Positions 49,801 through 62,800 of a DNA stretch of 64,000 bases are shown here, piece after piece. Both the position numbers and the translations under genes were made by a program. This DNA comes from Octopus sinensis (taxonomy: Eukaryota): the NCBI RefSeq assembly GCF_006345805.1, contig NC_043022.1, forward strand, positions 15,624,001 through 15,688,000. The letters run 5' to 3'. The first letter of the stretch is position 1, and each line of letters begins with the position of its first letter. Under the pieces are notes generated by a model. It ran no database searches and was not told the origin of the DNA. It saw only the letters and a program-made list of their open reading frames with translations.

Positions 49801-49859
49801 CTGACGCACACTCTTCTTCTGTTATTCAATACTGGTTCTGGAAAGACGACTAGGAACAT
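49801..49859 (-). CDS. Candidate coding exon (MFLVVFPEPVLNNRRRVCV) ending at a consensus donor
   Basis: CAG|GTAAGT at 49801/49800; ATG at 49859 after a purine-rich leader; no homology recognised. Confidence 0.2.
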
Positions 49860-50400
49860 GTGAAGCCAGTCTCACCCTGCACTCATTCCCCTTTACCCCC
49901 TCCCTCCCTCTCTCACTCTCACTCACACTCGACACTCGACACTCGATTCATTCCATAACTCAATCTGGAAACATACACACACAAACATAAATCACACACC
50001 TTTGATTGCTTTCATTCAACAACCAGGTAAATTCCAATTTCATTTTAACACTTGTTACCTTTTATTAGCATTTTACTTACAGTGTATGTAGATATCTGGG
50101 TGTATATATATACATACACACATACATGCACACACATGCACACGCGCACACACACATATGTATGAATTTATATATATATATGAATATATATATATACACA
50201 CTCATATATATATGTATATATATACATACATATGTATATGTATATATATATGCATACATACATACATACACATATATGTATATGAATATAAATATGTATA
50301 TATATACATACATATACATATGTATATATATGTATATGTATATATATATACATACATACATATATATACATATATATATACACACATGTATAATATATAT

Positions 50401-50438
<38 letters not shown>

Positions 50439-50506
50439 TATACATATACATATATATTATATACACACACACACATATATAATATATAATATATGTGTGT
50501 GTGTGT

Positions 50507-50545
<39 letters not shown>

Positions 50546-51070
50546 ATATATCTTTCATTTGTTTCAGCATCATTAGACTGTGGCAATGCTGGGGCACTGC
50601 CTTGAAGAATTTTTAGTTGAACAGATCGCCCACCCTCCACCCCAGCGCTTGTTCTTTTATTCAGTCTGTTACTTATTTTATTAGTCTCCTTTGCTGAACT
50701 GCTAAGTTGGAGGGTGGCCCATAACCACACAAACACCGACTGTGAAGCAGTGGCGGGGAACAAACACAGAATCAAAGAGACACACAAACACACACACTTC
50801 TTTCACTTTCCGTCTAAATTTGACTGTGGCCACGCTGGGGCATCGCCTTTAGTCGAACAAATCAACCCCAGGTCTTATTCTTTGTAAACCTAGTACTTAT
50901 TCTATCTGTCTCTTTTGCCAAACTGCTAAATTGCGGGGATGTAAACACACCAACGTCGGTTGTCAGGCGATGGTGGAGGGGGGGGACAAATACAAACACA
51001 CAAACATACACACATACATACAAACATATCTATCTATCTATCTATCTATCTATCTCTATATATATATATA

Positions 51071-51278
51071 AAGTTAATCCAAACAAGAAAGCACAAAAAA
51101 ACACAACAACGCGAGGACGTGGAACAAATATAGTATTATTGGACGCTCAGGAAAGAAGGAAAGAAGGAGGGTTTAACGTTTCGAGCGGAGCTCTTCATCG
51201 GAAACATAGGAGAAGGAAAGATCCAGAGAAGGGAAGACAGAGGAAAAAAAATCGCCAATGTTACACATGCGGTCACAT
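51071..51278 (-). mobile_element. Penelope-pLTR-like short element with hammerhead motif (51171-51205), in (TA)n
   Basis: guuu-CCGAUGA-a-gagc(ucc)gcuc-GAAA-CG-UU-aaac (U4->C); paralogous to 53719-53922. Confidence 0.7.
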
Positions 51279-51543
51279 ATATACACATATATATACGGTG
51301 GTGTTGCTTCAGTTTCTGTCTACCAAATCCACTCACAAGGTTTTGGTTGACCCAAGGTGCCACACAGTAGGACTGAACCTGGAACCATGTGGTTGGGAAG
51401 CAAGCTACTTACCACCCAGCCACTCCTGCATCTATAACATGTTATAGGTGCAGGATGGGGATAATTCGTAATTCCTGTAAGCCTTTTCCTTGTAAAGTGA
51501 AAATGTAATCTTTGAAAAAGTATGGAATAATCCTTCTGTTTTA

Positions 51544-51926
51544 TTCTTGTACTTGTTTCAGTCATTTGACTGTGGCCATGCTGGAGCACCACCTTTAGTT
51601 GAGCAAATCGACCCCAGGACTTATTCTTTGTAAACCTAGTACTTATTCTATTGGTCTCTTTTGCCGAACCACTAAGTTACGGGGACATAAACACACCAGC
51701 ATCGGTTGTCAAGCGATGTTGGGGGGACAAACACAGACACACACATACATATATATACGTATATAAAGGTTGGTTTTTTTTTTCTGTTTCCGTCTACCAA
51801 ATCCAGTCACAAGGCTTTGGTCGGCCCGAGGCTATAGTAGAAGACACTTGCCCAAGAAGCCACGCAGCGGGACTGAACTCGGAACCATGTGGTTGGTAAG
51901 CAAGCTACTTACCACACAGCCACTCC
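51544..51926 (-). mobile_element. SINE family A, full length
   Basis: Reverse complement of SINE-A. Confidence 0.9.
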
Positions 51927-52041
51927 TTCTGTTTAATGTTAAATCATTTGGTTTGGTAAGAAACTTGCAATTCTGCAAATATTTCCTAATAGATATCACC
52001 TCCTCTTCCTCCCCTCCTCCTCCTCCTCCTCCTCCTCCACC

Positions 52042-52072
<31 letters not shown>

Positions 52073-52663
52073 GTGGCAGTGGCGTTGTCATCTTCACCAT
52101 CGTTGTTGTTGTCGTTGTTGTCATCGCCGTCATCATCATGAAACTCATCATCATCATCATCATCGTCATTATCATCCAGAAACAGGCCCTATGAGCCCAT
52201 GGCTCATGAAGAACCTTTGATCTTTTGATGTATGTATATATGCATATATTATATGTGTGTGCGTGTGTATGTGTGTGCGTGTGTATGTGTGTGCGTGTGT
52301 ATGTGTGTGCGTGTGTATGTGTGTGCGTGTGTATGTGTGTGCGTGTGTTTGTTTCTGACCACTTGATGACCACTCTGGTGTAAATCTCCTTAAATCCCTG
52401 AAACTTAAGAATTTGGCAAAGAAAAGAGACCAATAAAATATGACCTAGGGTCAGTGTGAATGACCAAATCTTTTGACATTGTGCCCCAGTATGGCCACAG
52501 AAATAACCAAAAGAATAACTGAATAAAAGAATATAATATATTTATTGCTTTCAATAATGTTTTATGTGGGTTTATCTTGAGTATTTTCTTGGATTTAAAG
52601 CATTCTCAGCAATTTTTTTATTTAATATAATCCCTCTGAGATTCCATAGTTTTTATTACCCAT

Positions 52664-53077
52664 AGGCGCAGGAGTGGCTGTGTGGTAAGTAGCTTGTTTA
52701 CCAGCCTCATGGTTCAGGGTTCAGTCCCATGCGTGGCACCTTGGGCAAGAGTCTTCTACTATAGTCTCGGGCCGACCAAAGCCTTGTGAGTGGATTTGGT
52801 AGACGGAAACTGAAAGAAGCCCGTCGTATATGTGTATATATATATATGTGCGCGTGTGTTTGTGTGTCTGTGTTTGTCCCCCTAGCATTGCTTGACAACC
52901 GATGCTGGTGTGTTTATGTCCCCGTTACTTAGCGGTTCGGCAAAAGAGGCCGATAGAATAAGTACTGGGCTTACAAAAGAATAAGTCCCGGGGTCGAGTT
53001 GCTTGATTAAAGGCGGTGCTCCAGCATGGCCGCAGTCAAATGACTGAAACAAGTAAAAGAATAAAAGAGTAAAGAGT
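52664..53077 (+). mobile_element. SINE family A, full length
   Basis: Matches other SINE-A copies. Confidence 0.9.
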
Positions 53078-53471
53078 ATTGATTTTTCTAACTAAAATAG
53101 GGATCATGAAAGAATTTGTCTCCAAAAATTAGGTCCAAATACTCTCCTTGTTTTATAATGAAACTGGCGATATCTGGCCTGTCACGTCTGCCCTACAATG
53201 TCATTCTAAAGATAAACAATCTCCAGCAATGGCCACATTTATGGTTTCGTGGGTGCCATTCACATGACCCCAGCATCGGCCACAACTACAGTTTCACATG
53301 GCTTGACGAGTCTTCTCAAGCATAGCGTATCACCAAAGGTCAAAGGTCCCTCGGTTACTTGTCTTCACCTCCCTGAATCCCAGCATTTGAAGATCATGCT
53401 ACTGGCAATGGCCACAATTACGATTTCATGCGTGCCATTCAATGGTGATGGCCACAACTATATATATATGT

Positions 53472-53706
53472 ATAGGTGGCGAGCTGGCAGAAACGTTAGC
53501 ACGCCAGGCGAAATGCTTAGAGATATTTCGTCTGTCGTTACGTTCTGAGTTCAAATTCCGCCGAGGTCAACTTCACCTTTCATCCTTTCGGGGTCGATAA
53601 ATAAAGTACCAGTTTCGCACTGGGGTCGATGTAATCGACTTACTCCTTTTGTCTGTCCTTGTTTGTCCCCTCTATGTTTAGCCCCTTGTGGGCAGTAAAG
53701 AAATGT
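53472..53706 (+). mobile_element. SINE family B
   Basis: Matches SINE-B. Confidence 0.85.
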
Positions 53707-53718
53707 ATATATATATGT

Positions 53719-53922
53719 ATAGTTAATCCAAACATGAACAAAGAGAAAACACAACAACGCAGGACGTGGAACAAGTATAGTGTTGTTGGACGCTCAGGAA
53801 AGGAAAGAAAGAAAGGAGCATTTAATGTTTCGAGCGGAGCTCTTCGTCAGAAACATAGAAAAAGGAAATGTCCAAGGAAGGGAAGACGGAGAAAGAAAAT
53901 TGCCAACGATACACACGCGGTC
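53719..53922 (-). mobile_element. Penelope-pLTR-like short element with hammerhead motif (53820-53854), in (TA)n
   Basis: guuu-CUGACGA-a-gagc(ucc)gcuc-GAAA-CA-UU-aaau: core intact, ACGU palindrome decayed to ACAU. Confidence 0.7.
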
Positions 53923-53941
53923 ACATATATATATATGTATA

Positions 53942-54338
53942 CTAGCAGTATTGCCCAGCGTTGCTTGGGTTTGTTTCGACCCTGTAGAATTGGAATTTTT
54001 GAAAAGTAAAAATTTTGCATTATGTAGCTTGTTATTCTCTTCAAGTGAACATTTTTCTGGTTGAAATACACCGAAAACTGGCGACAGAGCAGTCAAAAAA
54101 TCGTAAAAAATAGGGATTTTCATAGAAAAAAAGCACCTTTTTGATGTAAATAATTTTGGTACTAACATGGTCCGATTTGAATTTTTTCTTCTACGGAAGG
54201 AAGAGCAAGCCTTCTTCTATCAAACTCTCAATTTTGGTCAACTTGCACCACAGGGTCTCAGAGGAGATAGTGTTAGTTGAAGGCTACCAAACCTGCCATA
54301 CACAGACAGACAACTTCAGCTTTATATATATAGAGAGA
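53942..54338 (-). mobile_element. Non-autonomous Helitron family 1
   Basis: A|TC at 54338, hairpin cccagc-gtt-gcttggg ~10 nt from the terminal CTAG|T at 53942. Confidence 0.85.
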
Positions 54339-54648
54339 TTCTATGTGTATGTGTTTTTGTACTTGTTCCCCAAAACCACATGACAACCAGTGTTGGTTTG
54401 TTTATGTCAATATAACTTAACAGTTCAGCAAACAGAGACTGATGGAATAATAAGTACCAGGCTTAAAAGAACGATGACTAAGATTGATTTGTTTTTGACG
54501 AAGCCATTCAACAAAGTGCTCCAGCATGACCAGAGGCCAAAGACGGAAGCGAGTCAAAAGAAGAAAGATTTCTTCATAGTGAGCACCGCCCTCCATCCAC
54601 GACCACCACCACCACCACCCAAGATAAAACAATCTCATCAGTACATAC

Positions 54649-54942
54649 CTTTGTTGTCACAACAGACCTGGGTGACAATACGTCAGGTGTTTCTCTTGTT
54701 ACATTCCAAGGTAGACGAATGTCGTTTGCTGTTGACCTCGAGTCTCCTCGCAGACGTGATTGATGGAACCAAGGACAGGGGTCAGACGAACATTGCTGTT
54801 GTTGTTGTTGTCGTGTTATTTGTTGTAGTGGTGGTGGTGGTGGTGGTGGTGGTGGTGGTGGTGATGGTATTGCCATTGTTTGTTGTAGTGGTAGTAGTGG
54901 TGGTGATGGTGGTGGTGGTGGCGGAAGCGATGGTATTGCCAT
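54649..54942 (-). CDS. Candidate first coding exon of an unidentified proline-rich protein
   Basis: acaATGG start, 98 codons (MAIPSLPPPP...QQQQQCSSDPCPWFHQSRLRGDSRSTANDIRLPWNVTRETPDVLSPRSVVTTK) ending at a phase-0 AAG|GTATGT donor; only minus frame open through the unique part. Confidence 0.4.
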
Positions 54943-55625
54943 TGTTGTTGTTTGTTGTAGTGGTACTGGTGGTGGTGGTGGTGGTGATGGTATTGCTGTT
55001 GTTGTTGTTTGTTGTTTGTGGTGTTTAGCAACTCTCCTCTCCACCTTCTACCCCTCCCACTTTCTCCCCCTCCTCTCCCCTCTCCTTCTGCCCCCTCCCT
55101 CTCTTTCTCACATTTCCTCCTCCTCCTCCTCCCCATACTTTCTCCATCCCTTCCCCCCACACACTCCGCCCCTTCTCCCCACTGGGTCAAGTCAGCTTTG
55201 ATCTAGCGAACAACCCATGATCAAAGACGATCCAGCTGTGACATCCACCTCCGCACATATTTAATACGTCAAGCGCTGAAGGAGGAACAGGTGGTGGCGA
55301 TGGCAGCGGCAGTGGTGGTCATGGTGGTGGTGGTGGTGGTGGTGGTGGCGGCGGTGGCAGCGGTAGTGGTGGTGGTGGTGGTGGTGGTGGTGATGGGGCA
55401 GAATGCCGTTAATTAACTGGCTAACGAACCAACTCGTTTGTCTGTCTATAATTTATGCTTTAAACAAGTTGTTATTGTTGTCTGCTGCTGCCGCTGCTGC
55501 TGCTGCTGCTCTTGTTGTCATTTACCCCCACTTTCCACGCCCCCACCCCACCCCCAGATCAGTAGGGATCCAGCTGACTGACATAATGTAAAGATTTATA
55601 TAACAGCAGTCCTTGTCCATCTAGG

Positions 55626-55641
55626 ACTACATTTCCCCCAG
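55626..55641 (+). promoter_or_regulatory. ACTACAnnTCCC (ZNF143/THAP11-type) promoter motif
   Basis: actacatttcccccag in a CpG/low-complexity island ~700 bp upstream of the candidate exon at 54942. Confidence 0.35.
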
Positions 55642-56620
55642 TGTGTCCTCGTTTTTTTTTTGTTTTATTTTGGTTTTTTTTTAATGTGGTGGAAATGGGA
55701 TTTGAGGCAGAATTGGTTGTTATTTGTAGCAGGTCGAAGTGTCCAAGCCCCATGCCCCCACGAATTAGACGGACATTTAATGATGATGCTGATGGCAATG
55801 ATGATGACGATGGTGAAGAGTTAAGAGCCATTCACATATACAGACACAGACACACACACTCACATATGTACACACACACATACACGCACACATGCACACA
55901 CACACAAACACACACACTCACTCACACACACAGAGGCATGCACACACACACTCACTAACTCACGCACATGCACACACACACTCACACACACAGAGAGGCA
56001 TGCACACACACTCACACACACACACTCAAGCACATTCACACACACACTCACACACACTGAGGCATGCACACACACACACACACACTCACACTCAAGCACA
56101 TTCACACACACACACTCACTCACACACACTAAGGCATGCACACACACACATACACACACTCACACACACAGAGGCATATATATACACACACACGCACTCA
56201 TGCACATTCAGACACATGCACACACACACACACACTCACTCACATACATGCACACATATGCACACACTCACTCACCACACACACACACAGAGGCATGCAC
56301 ACACACACACACACACACACAACACACACACACACACACTCACACACAGAAAACAAAAAGACAGGGCTGTCACAACTGGAATGCCTTTGATCATAGAGAT
56401 AAGGGGATCAGCACTTACCTGGGGTTAAACAACTACAACAACAGCAACAGCAACAACAACAACAACAACAACAGCAACATCAAATCTACATTCATAAACA
56501 ACATTCATAATTTTTATCTGAATTATGTCTTCTTTCTTTTTTGCATATTTTTTTGTTGTTACAATTTTCTTTGGCTGTTTTTTTTCTTTTTTTATTACCA
56601 AAGAGGTTCTTGTGGAATCT

Positions 56621-56687
56621 TCTCTTTGCCCGAATCTCTTTGCCCGAATCTCTTTGCCCGAATCTCTTTGCCCGAATCTCTTTGCCC
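56621..56687. repeat. Five tandem copies of a 14-bp unit (tctctttgcccgaa)
   Basis: Starts at 56621, 56635, 56649, 56663, 56677. Confidence 0.95.
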
Positions 56688-56834
56688 AGACTTGCTGCAG
56701 ACATTCGACAGAGGCCGAGCGGCAATTAAATAGTTTGGAACGAGAATTCAATGAATTGGGGATCAAATCTACTTAACACTTTAAACACACCTGTTCTCTC
56801 TTTGGCTCTTTTATTACACCTTATCGTATGGTTT

Positions 56835-59800
56835 TGTGTGTGTGAGCATGTGTGTGTGTGTCTGTGTGCATGTGAGTGTGTGTGTGTCTGTGAGCATGTG
56901 AGTGTGTGTGTGTCTGTGAGCATGTGTGTGTGTGGGTGTATGTGTTTGTGCATGTGTGTACGCGTGTGTGTATGTGTGTCTGTATGCATGTGAGTGTGTG
57001 TGTGTCTGTGTGCATGTGAGTGTGTGTGTGTCTGTGTGCATGTGAGTGTGTGTGTGTCTGTGTGCATGTGAGTGTGTGTGGTGTCTGTGTGCATGTGAGT
57101 GTGTGTGTGTCTGTGTGCATGTGAGTGTGTGTGTGTCTGTGTGCATGTGAGTGTGTGGTGTGTCTGTGAGCATGTGAGTGTGTGTGTGTCTGTGAGCATG
57201 TGAGTGTGTGTGTGTCTGTGTGCATGTGAGTGTGTGTGTGTCTGTGAGCATGTGAGTGTGTGGTGTCTGTGAGCATGTGAGGTGTGTGGTCTGTGTGCAT
57301 GTGAGTGTGTGTGTGTCTGTGTCCATGTGAGTGGTGTGTGTCTGTGAGCATGTGAGTGTGTGTGTGTCTGTGAGCATGTGAGGTGTGGTGTGTCTGTGTG
57401 CATGTGAGTGTGGTGTGTGTGTTGTGTGCATGTGAGTGTGTGTGTGTCTGTGTGAATGTGAGTGGTGTGTGTCTGTGTGCATGTGAGTGTGTGTGTGTCT
57501 GTGTGCATGTGAGTGTGTGTGTGTCTGTGTGCATGTGAGTGTGTGTGTGTCTGTGTGCATGTGAGTGTGTGTGTGTCTGTGTGCATGTGAGTGTGTGTGT
57601 GTGTGTTGCATGTGAGTGTGTGTGTGTGTTGTGTGCATGTGAGTGTGTGTGTGTCTGTGTGCATGTGAGTGTGTGTGTGTCTGTGTGCATGTGAGTGTGT
57701 GTGTGTCTGTGTGCATGTGAGTGTGTGTGTGTGTCTCTGTGAGCATGTGAGTGTGTGTGGTCTGTGAGCATGTGAGTGTGTGTGTGTCTGTGTGCATGTG
57801 AGTGTTGTGTGTGTCTGTGTGCATGTGAGTGTGTGTGTGTCTGTGAGCATGTGAGTGTGTGTGTGTCTGTGAGCATGTGTGTGTGTGGGTGTATGTGTTT
57901 GTGCATGTGTGTACGCGTGTGTGTATGTGTGTCTGTATGCATGTGAGTGTGTGTGTGTCTGTGTGCATGTGAGTGTGTGTGTGTCTGTGTGCATGTGAGT
58001 GTGTGTGTGTCTGTGTGCATGTGAGTGTGTGTGTGTCTGTGTGCATGTGAGTGTGTGTGTGTCTGTGTGCATGTGAGTGTGTGTGTGTCTGTGTGCATGT
58101 GAGTGTGTGTGTGTCTGTGAGCATGTGAGTGTGTGTGTGTCTGTGTGCATGTGAGTGTGTTGTGTCTGTGTGCATGTGAGTGTGTGTGTGTCTGTGTGCA
58201 TGTGAGTGTGTGTGTGTCTGTGTGTCATGTGAGTGTGTGTGTGTCTGTGTGCATGTGAGTGTGTGTGTGTCTGTGTGCATGTGAGTGTTGTGTGTCTGTG
58301 TGCATGTGAGTGTGTGTGTGTCTGTGTGCATGTGAGTGTGTGGTGTGTCTGTGTGCATGTGAGTGTGTGTGTGTCTGTGGTGCATGTGAGTGGTGTGTGT
58401 GGTCTGTGTGCATGTGAGTGTGTGTGTGTCTGTGTGCATGTGAGTGTGTGTGTGTCTGTGTGCATGTGAGTGTGTGTGTGTCTGTGTGCATGTGATGGTG
58501 TGTGTGTCTGTGTGCATGTGAGTGTGTGTGTGTCTGTGTGCATGTGAGTGTGGTGTGTCTGTGTGCATGTGAGTGTGTGTGTGTCTGTGTGCATGTGAGG
58601 TGTGTGTGTCTGTGTGCATGTGAGTGTGGTGTGTGTCTGTGTGCATGTGAGTGTGTGTGTGTCTGTGTGCATGTGAGTGTGTGGTGTGTGCTGTGTGCAT
58701 GTGAGTGTGTGTGTGTCTGTGTGCATGTGTGTGTGTGTTTGTGTGTCTGTGTGCATGTGAGTGTGTGTGTTGTCTGTGTGCATGTGAGTGTGTGTGTGTC
58801 TGTGTGCATGTGAGTGGTGTGTGTCTGTGTGCATGTGAGTGTGTGTGTGTCTGTGTGCATGTGAGTGTGTGTGTGTCTGTGAGCATGTGAGTGTGTGTGT
58901 GTCTGTGTGTGCATGTGAGTGTGTTGTGTCTGTGTGCATGTGAGTGTGGTGTTGTCTGTGTGCATGTGAGTGTGTGTGTCTGTGAGCATGTGAGTGTGTG
59001 TGTGTTGTGTGCATGTGAGTGTGTGTGGTCTGTGTGCATGTGAGTGGTGTGTGTGTCCTGTGTGCATGTGAGTGTGTGTGTGTCTGTGTGGCATGTGGTG
59101 TGTGTGTCTGTGTGCATGTGGAGTGTGTGTGTGTCTGTGTGCATGTGAGTGTGTGTGTGTCTGTGTGCATGTGAGTGTGTGTGTGTCTGTGTGCATGTGA
59201 GTGTGTGTGTGTCTGTGTGCAATGTGAGTGTGTGTGTGTCTGTGTGCATGTGAGTGTGTGTGTGTCTGTGTGCATGTGAGTGTGTGTGTGTCTGTGTGCA
59301 TGTGAGTGTGGTTGTGTGTCTGTGTGCATGTGAGTGTGTGTGTGTCTGTGTGCATGTGAGTGTGTGTGTCTGTGTCTGTGTGCATGTGATTGTGTGTGGT
59401 GTCTGTGTGCATGTGAGTGTGTGTGTGTCTGTGTGCATGTGAGTGTGTGTGTGTCTGTGTGCATGTGAGTGTGTGTGTGTCTGTGTGCATGTGAGTGTGT
59501 GTGTGTCTGTGTGCATGTGGCGTGTGTGTGTGTCTGTGTGCATGTGAGTGTGTGTGTGTCTGTGTGCATGTGAGTGTGTGTGTGTCTGTGTGCATGTGGT
59601 GTGTGTGTGTCTGTGAGCATGTGAGTGTGTGTGTGTCTGTGAGCATGTGAGTGTGTGTGTGTGTCTGTGTGCATGTGAGTGTGTGTGTGTCTGTGAGCAT
59701 GTGAGTGTGTGTGTGTTCTGTGAGCATGTGAGTTGTGTGTGGTGTCTGTGTGCATGTGAGTGGTGTGTGTGTCTGTGTCCATGTGAGTGGTGTGTGTGTC

Positions 59801-62800
59801 TGTGAGCATGTGAGTGTGTGTGTGTCTGTGAGCATGTGAGTGTGGTGTGTCTGTGTGCATGTGAGTGTGTGTGTGTCTGTGTGCATGTGAGTGTGTGTGT
59901 GTGTCTGTGTGCATGTGAGTGTGTGTGTGTCTGTGTGCATGTGAGTGTGTGTGTGTCTGTGTGCATGTGAGTGTGTGTGTGTCTGTGTGCATGTGAGTGT
60001 GTGTTGTGTCTGTGTGCATGTGAGTGTGTGTGTGTCGTGTGCATGTGAGTGTGTGTGTGTCTGTGTGCATGTGATGTGTTTGTGTCTGTGTGCATGTGAG
60101 TGTGTGTTGTCTGTGTGCATGTGAGTGTGTGTGTGTCTGTGTGCATGTGAGTGTGTGTGTGTCTGTGTGCATGTGAGTGTGTGTGTGTCTGTGAGCATGT
60201 GAGTGTGTGTGTGTCTGTGAGCATGTGAGTGTGTGTGTGTCTGTGTGCATGTGAGTGTGTGTGTGTCTGTGTGCATGTGAGTGTGTGTGGTCCTGTGAGC
60301 ATGTGAGTGTGTGGTGTGTCTGTGAGCATGTGTGTGTGTGTGGGTGTATGTGTTTGTGCATGTGTGTACGCGTGTGTGTATGTGTGTCTGTATGCATGTG
60401 AGTGTGTGTGTGTCTGTGTGCATGTGAGTGTGTGTGTGTCTGTGTGCATGTGAGTGTGGTGTGTCTGTGTGCATGTGAGTGTGTGTGTGTCTGTGTGCAT
60501 GTGAGTGTGTGTGGTCTGTGAGCATGTGAGTGTTGTGTGGTGGTGCATGTGAGTGTGTGTGTGTCTGTGAGCATGTGAGTGTGTGTGTGTCTGTGTGCAT
60601 GTGAGTGTGTGTGTGTCTGTGTGCATGTGAGTGTGTGTGTGTCTGTGTGCATGTGAGTGTGTGTGTGTTGTGTGCATGTGAGTGTGTGTGTGTCTGTGTG
60701 CATGTGAGTGTGTGTGTGTCTGTGTGCATGTGAGTGTGTGTGTGTCTGTGTGCATGTGAGTGTGTGTGTGTCTGTGTGCATGTGAGTGTGTGTGTGTCTG
60801 TGTGCATGTGAGTGTGTGTGTGTCTGTGTGCATGTGAGTGTGTGTGTGTCTGTGTGCATGTGAGTGGTGTTGTGTGTCTGTGTGCATGTGAGTGTGTGTG
60901 TGTCTGTGTGCATGTGAGTGTGTGTGTGTCTGTGTGCATGTGATTGTGTGTGTGTCTGTGTGCATGTGAGTGTGTGTGTGTCTGTGTGCATGTGAGTGTG
61001 TGTGTGTCTGTGTGCATGTGAGTGTTGTGTGTCTGTGTGCATGTGAGTGGTGTGGTGTCTGTGTGCATGTGAGTGTGTGGTGTCTGTGTGCATGTGAGTG
61101 GTGTGTGTCTGTGTGCATGTGAGTGTGTGTGTCTGTGTGCATGTGAGTGTGTGTGTGTCTGTGTGCATGTGTGTGTTGTGTGTGTCTGTGTGCAGGTGTG
61201 AGTGTGTGTGTCTGTGTGCATGTGCAGTGTGTGTGTCTGTGTGCATGTGAGTGTGTGTGTGGTCGTGTGCATGTGAGTGTTGTGTGTGTCTGTGTGCATG
61301 TGAGGTGGTGTGTGTCTGTGAGCATGTGGTGTGTGTGTGTCTGTGTGCATGTGAGTGTGTGTGTGTCTGTGTGCATGTGAGTGTGTGTGTGTCTGTGTGC
61401 ATGTGAGTGTGTGTGTCTGTGAGCATGTGAGTGTGTGTGTGTCTGTGTGCATGTGAGTGTGTGTGTGTCTGTGTGCATGTGAGTGTGTGTGTGTCTGTGT
61501 GCATGTTGAGTGTGTGTGTGTCTGTGTGCATGTGAGTGTTGTGTGTCTGTGTGCATGTGAGTGTGTGTGTGTGTTGTGTGCATGTGAGTGTGTGTGTGTC
61601 TGTGTGCATGTGAGTGTGTGTGTGTCTGTGTGCATGTGAGTGTGTGTGTGGTGTGTTGTGTGCATGTGAGTGTGTGTGTGTCGTGTGCATGTGAGTGTGT
61701 GTGTGTCTGGTGCATGTGAGTGTGTGTGTGTCTGTGTGCATGTGTAGTGTTTTGTGTGTGTCTGTGTGCATGTGAGTGTGTGTGTGTCTGTGTGCATGTG
61801 AGTGTGTGTGTGTCTGTGTGCATGTGAGTGTGTGGTGTCTGTGTGCATGTGAGTGTGTGTGTGTCTGTGTGCATGTGAGTGTGTGTTGGTCTGTGTGCAT
61901 GTGAGTGTGTGTGTGGGTTATGTGTGCATGTGAGTGTGGGTGTGTCTGTGTGCATGTGAGTGTGTGTGTGTCTGTGTGCATGTGAGTGTGGTGTGTGTCT
62001 GTGTGCATGTGAGTGTGTGTGTGTCTGTGTGCATGTGAGTGATGTGTGGTCTGTGTGCATGTGGTGTGGTGTGTGTCTGTGTGATGTGATTGTGTGTGTG
62101 TCTGTGTGCATGTGAGTGTGTGGTGTCTGTGTGCATGTGAGTGTGTGTGTGTCTGTGTGCATGGAGTGTGTGTGTGTCTGTGTGCATGTGAGTGTGGTGT
62201 GTCTGTGTGCATGTGAGTGTGTGTGTGTCTGTGGTGCATGTGAGTGTGTGTGTGTCTGTGTGCATGTGAGGTGTTGTGTCTGTGTGAATGTGAGTGTGGT
62301 GTGTGTCTGTGTGCATGTGTGTGTGTTGTGTGTGCTGTGTGCATGTGAGTGTGTGTGTGTCTGTGTGCATGTGAGGTGTGTGTGTCTGTGTGCATGTGAG
62401 TGGTGTGTGGTCTGTGTGTGCATGTGAGTGTGTGTGGTTGTGGTGCATGTGAGTGTGTGTGTGTCTGTGAGCATGTGAGTGGTGTGTGTCTGTGTGCATG
62501 TGAGTGTGTGTGTGTGTCTGTGTGCATGTGAGTGTGTGTGTGTCTGTGTGCATGTGAGTGTGTGTGTTGGGCAGTGGGTGTGTGTGTGTGGTGTGTGCAT
62601 GGTGAGTGTGTGTGTGTCTGTGTGCATGTGAGTGGTGTGTACTGTGTGATGTGAGTGTGGTGTGAGTCTGTGTGCATGTGAGGTGTGTGTGGTGTGTCTG
62701 TGTGATGTGAGTGTGTGTGTGTCTGTGTGCATGTGAGTGTGTGTGTGTCTGTGTGCATGTGAGTGTGTGGTGGTCTGTGTGTTTGTGTGAGTGTGTGTGT

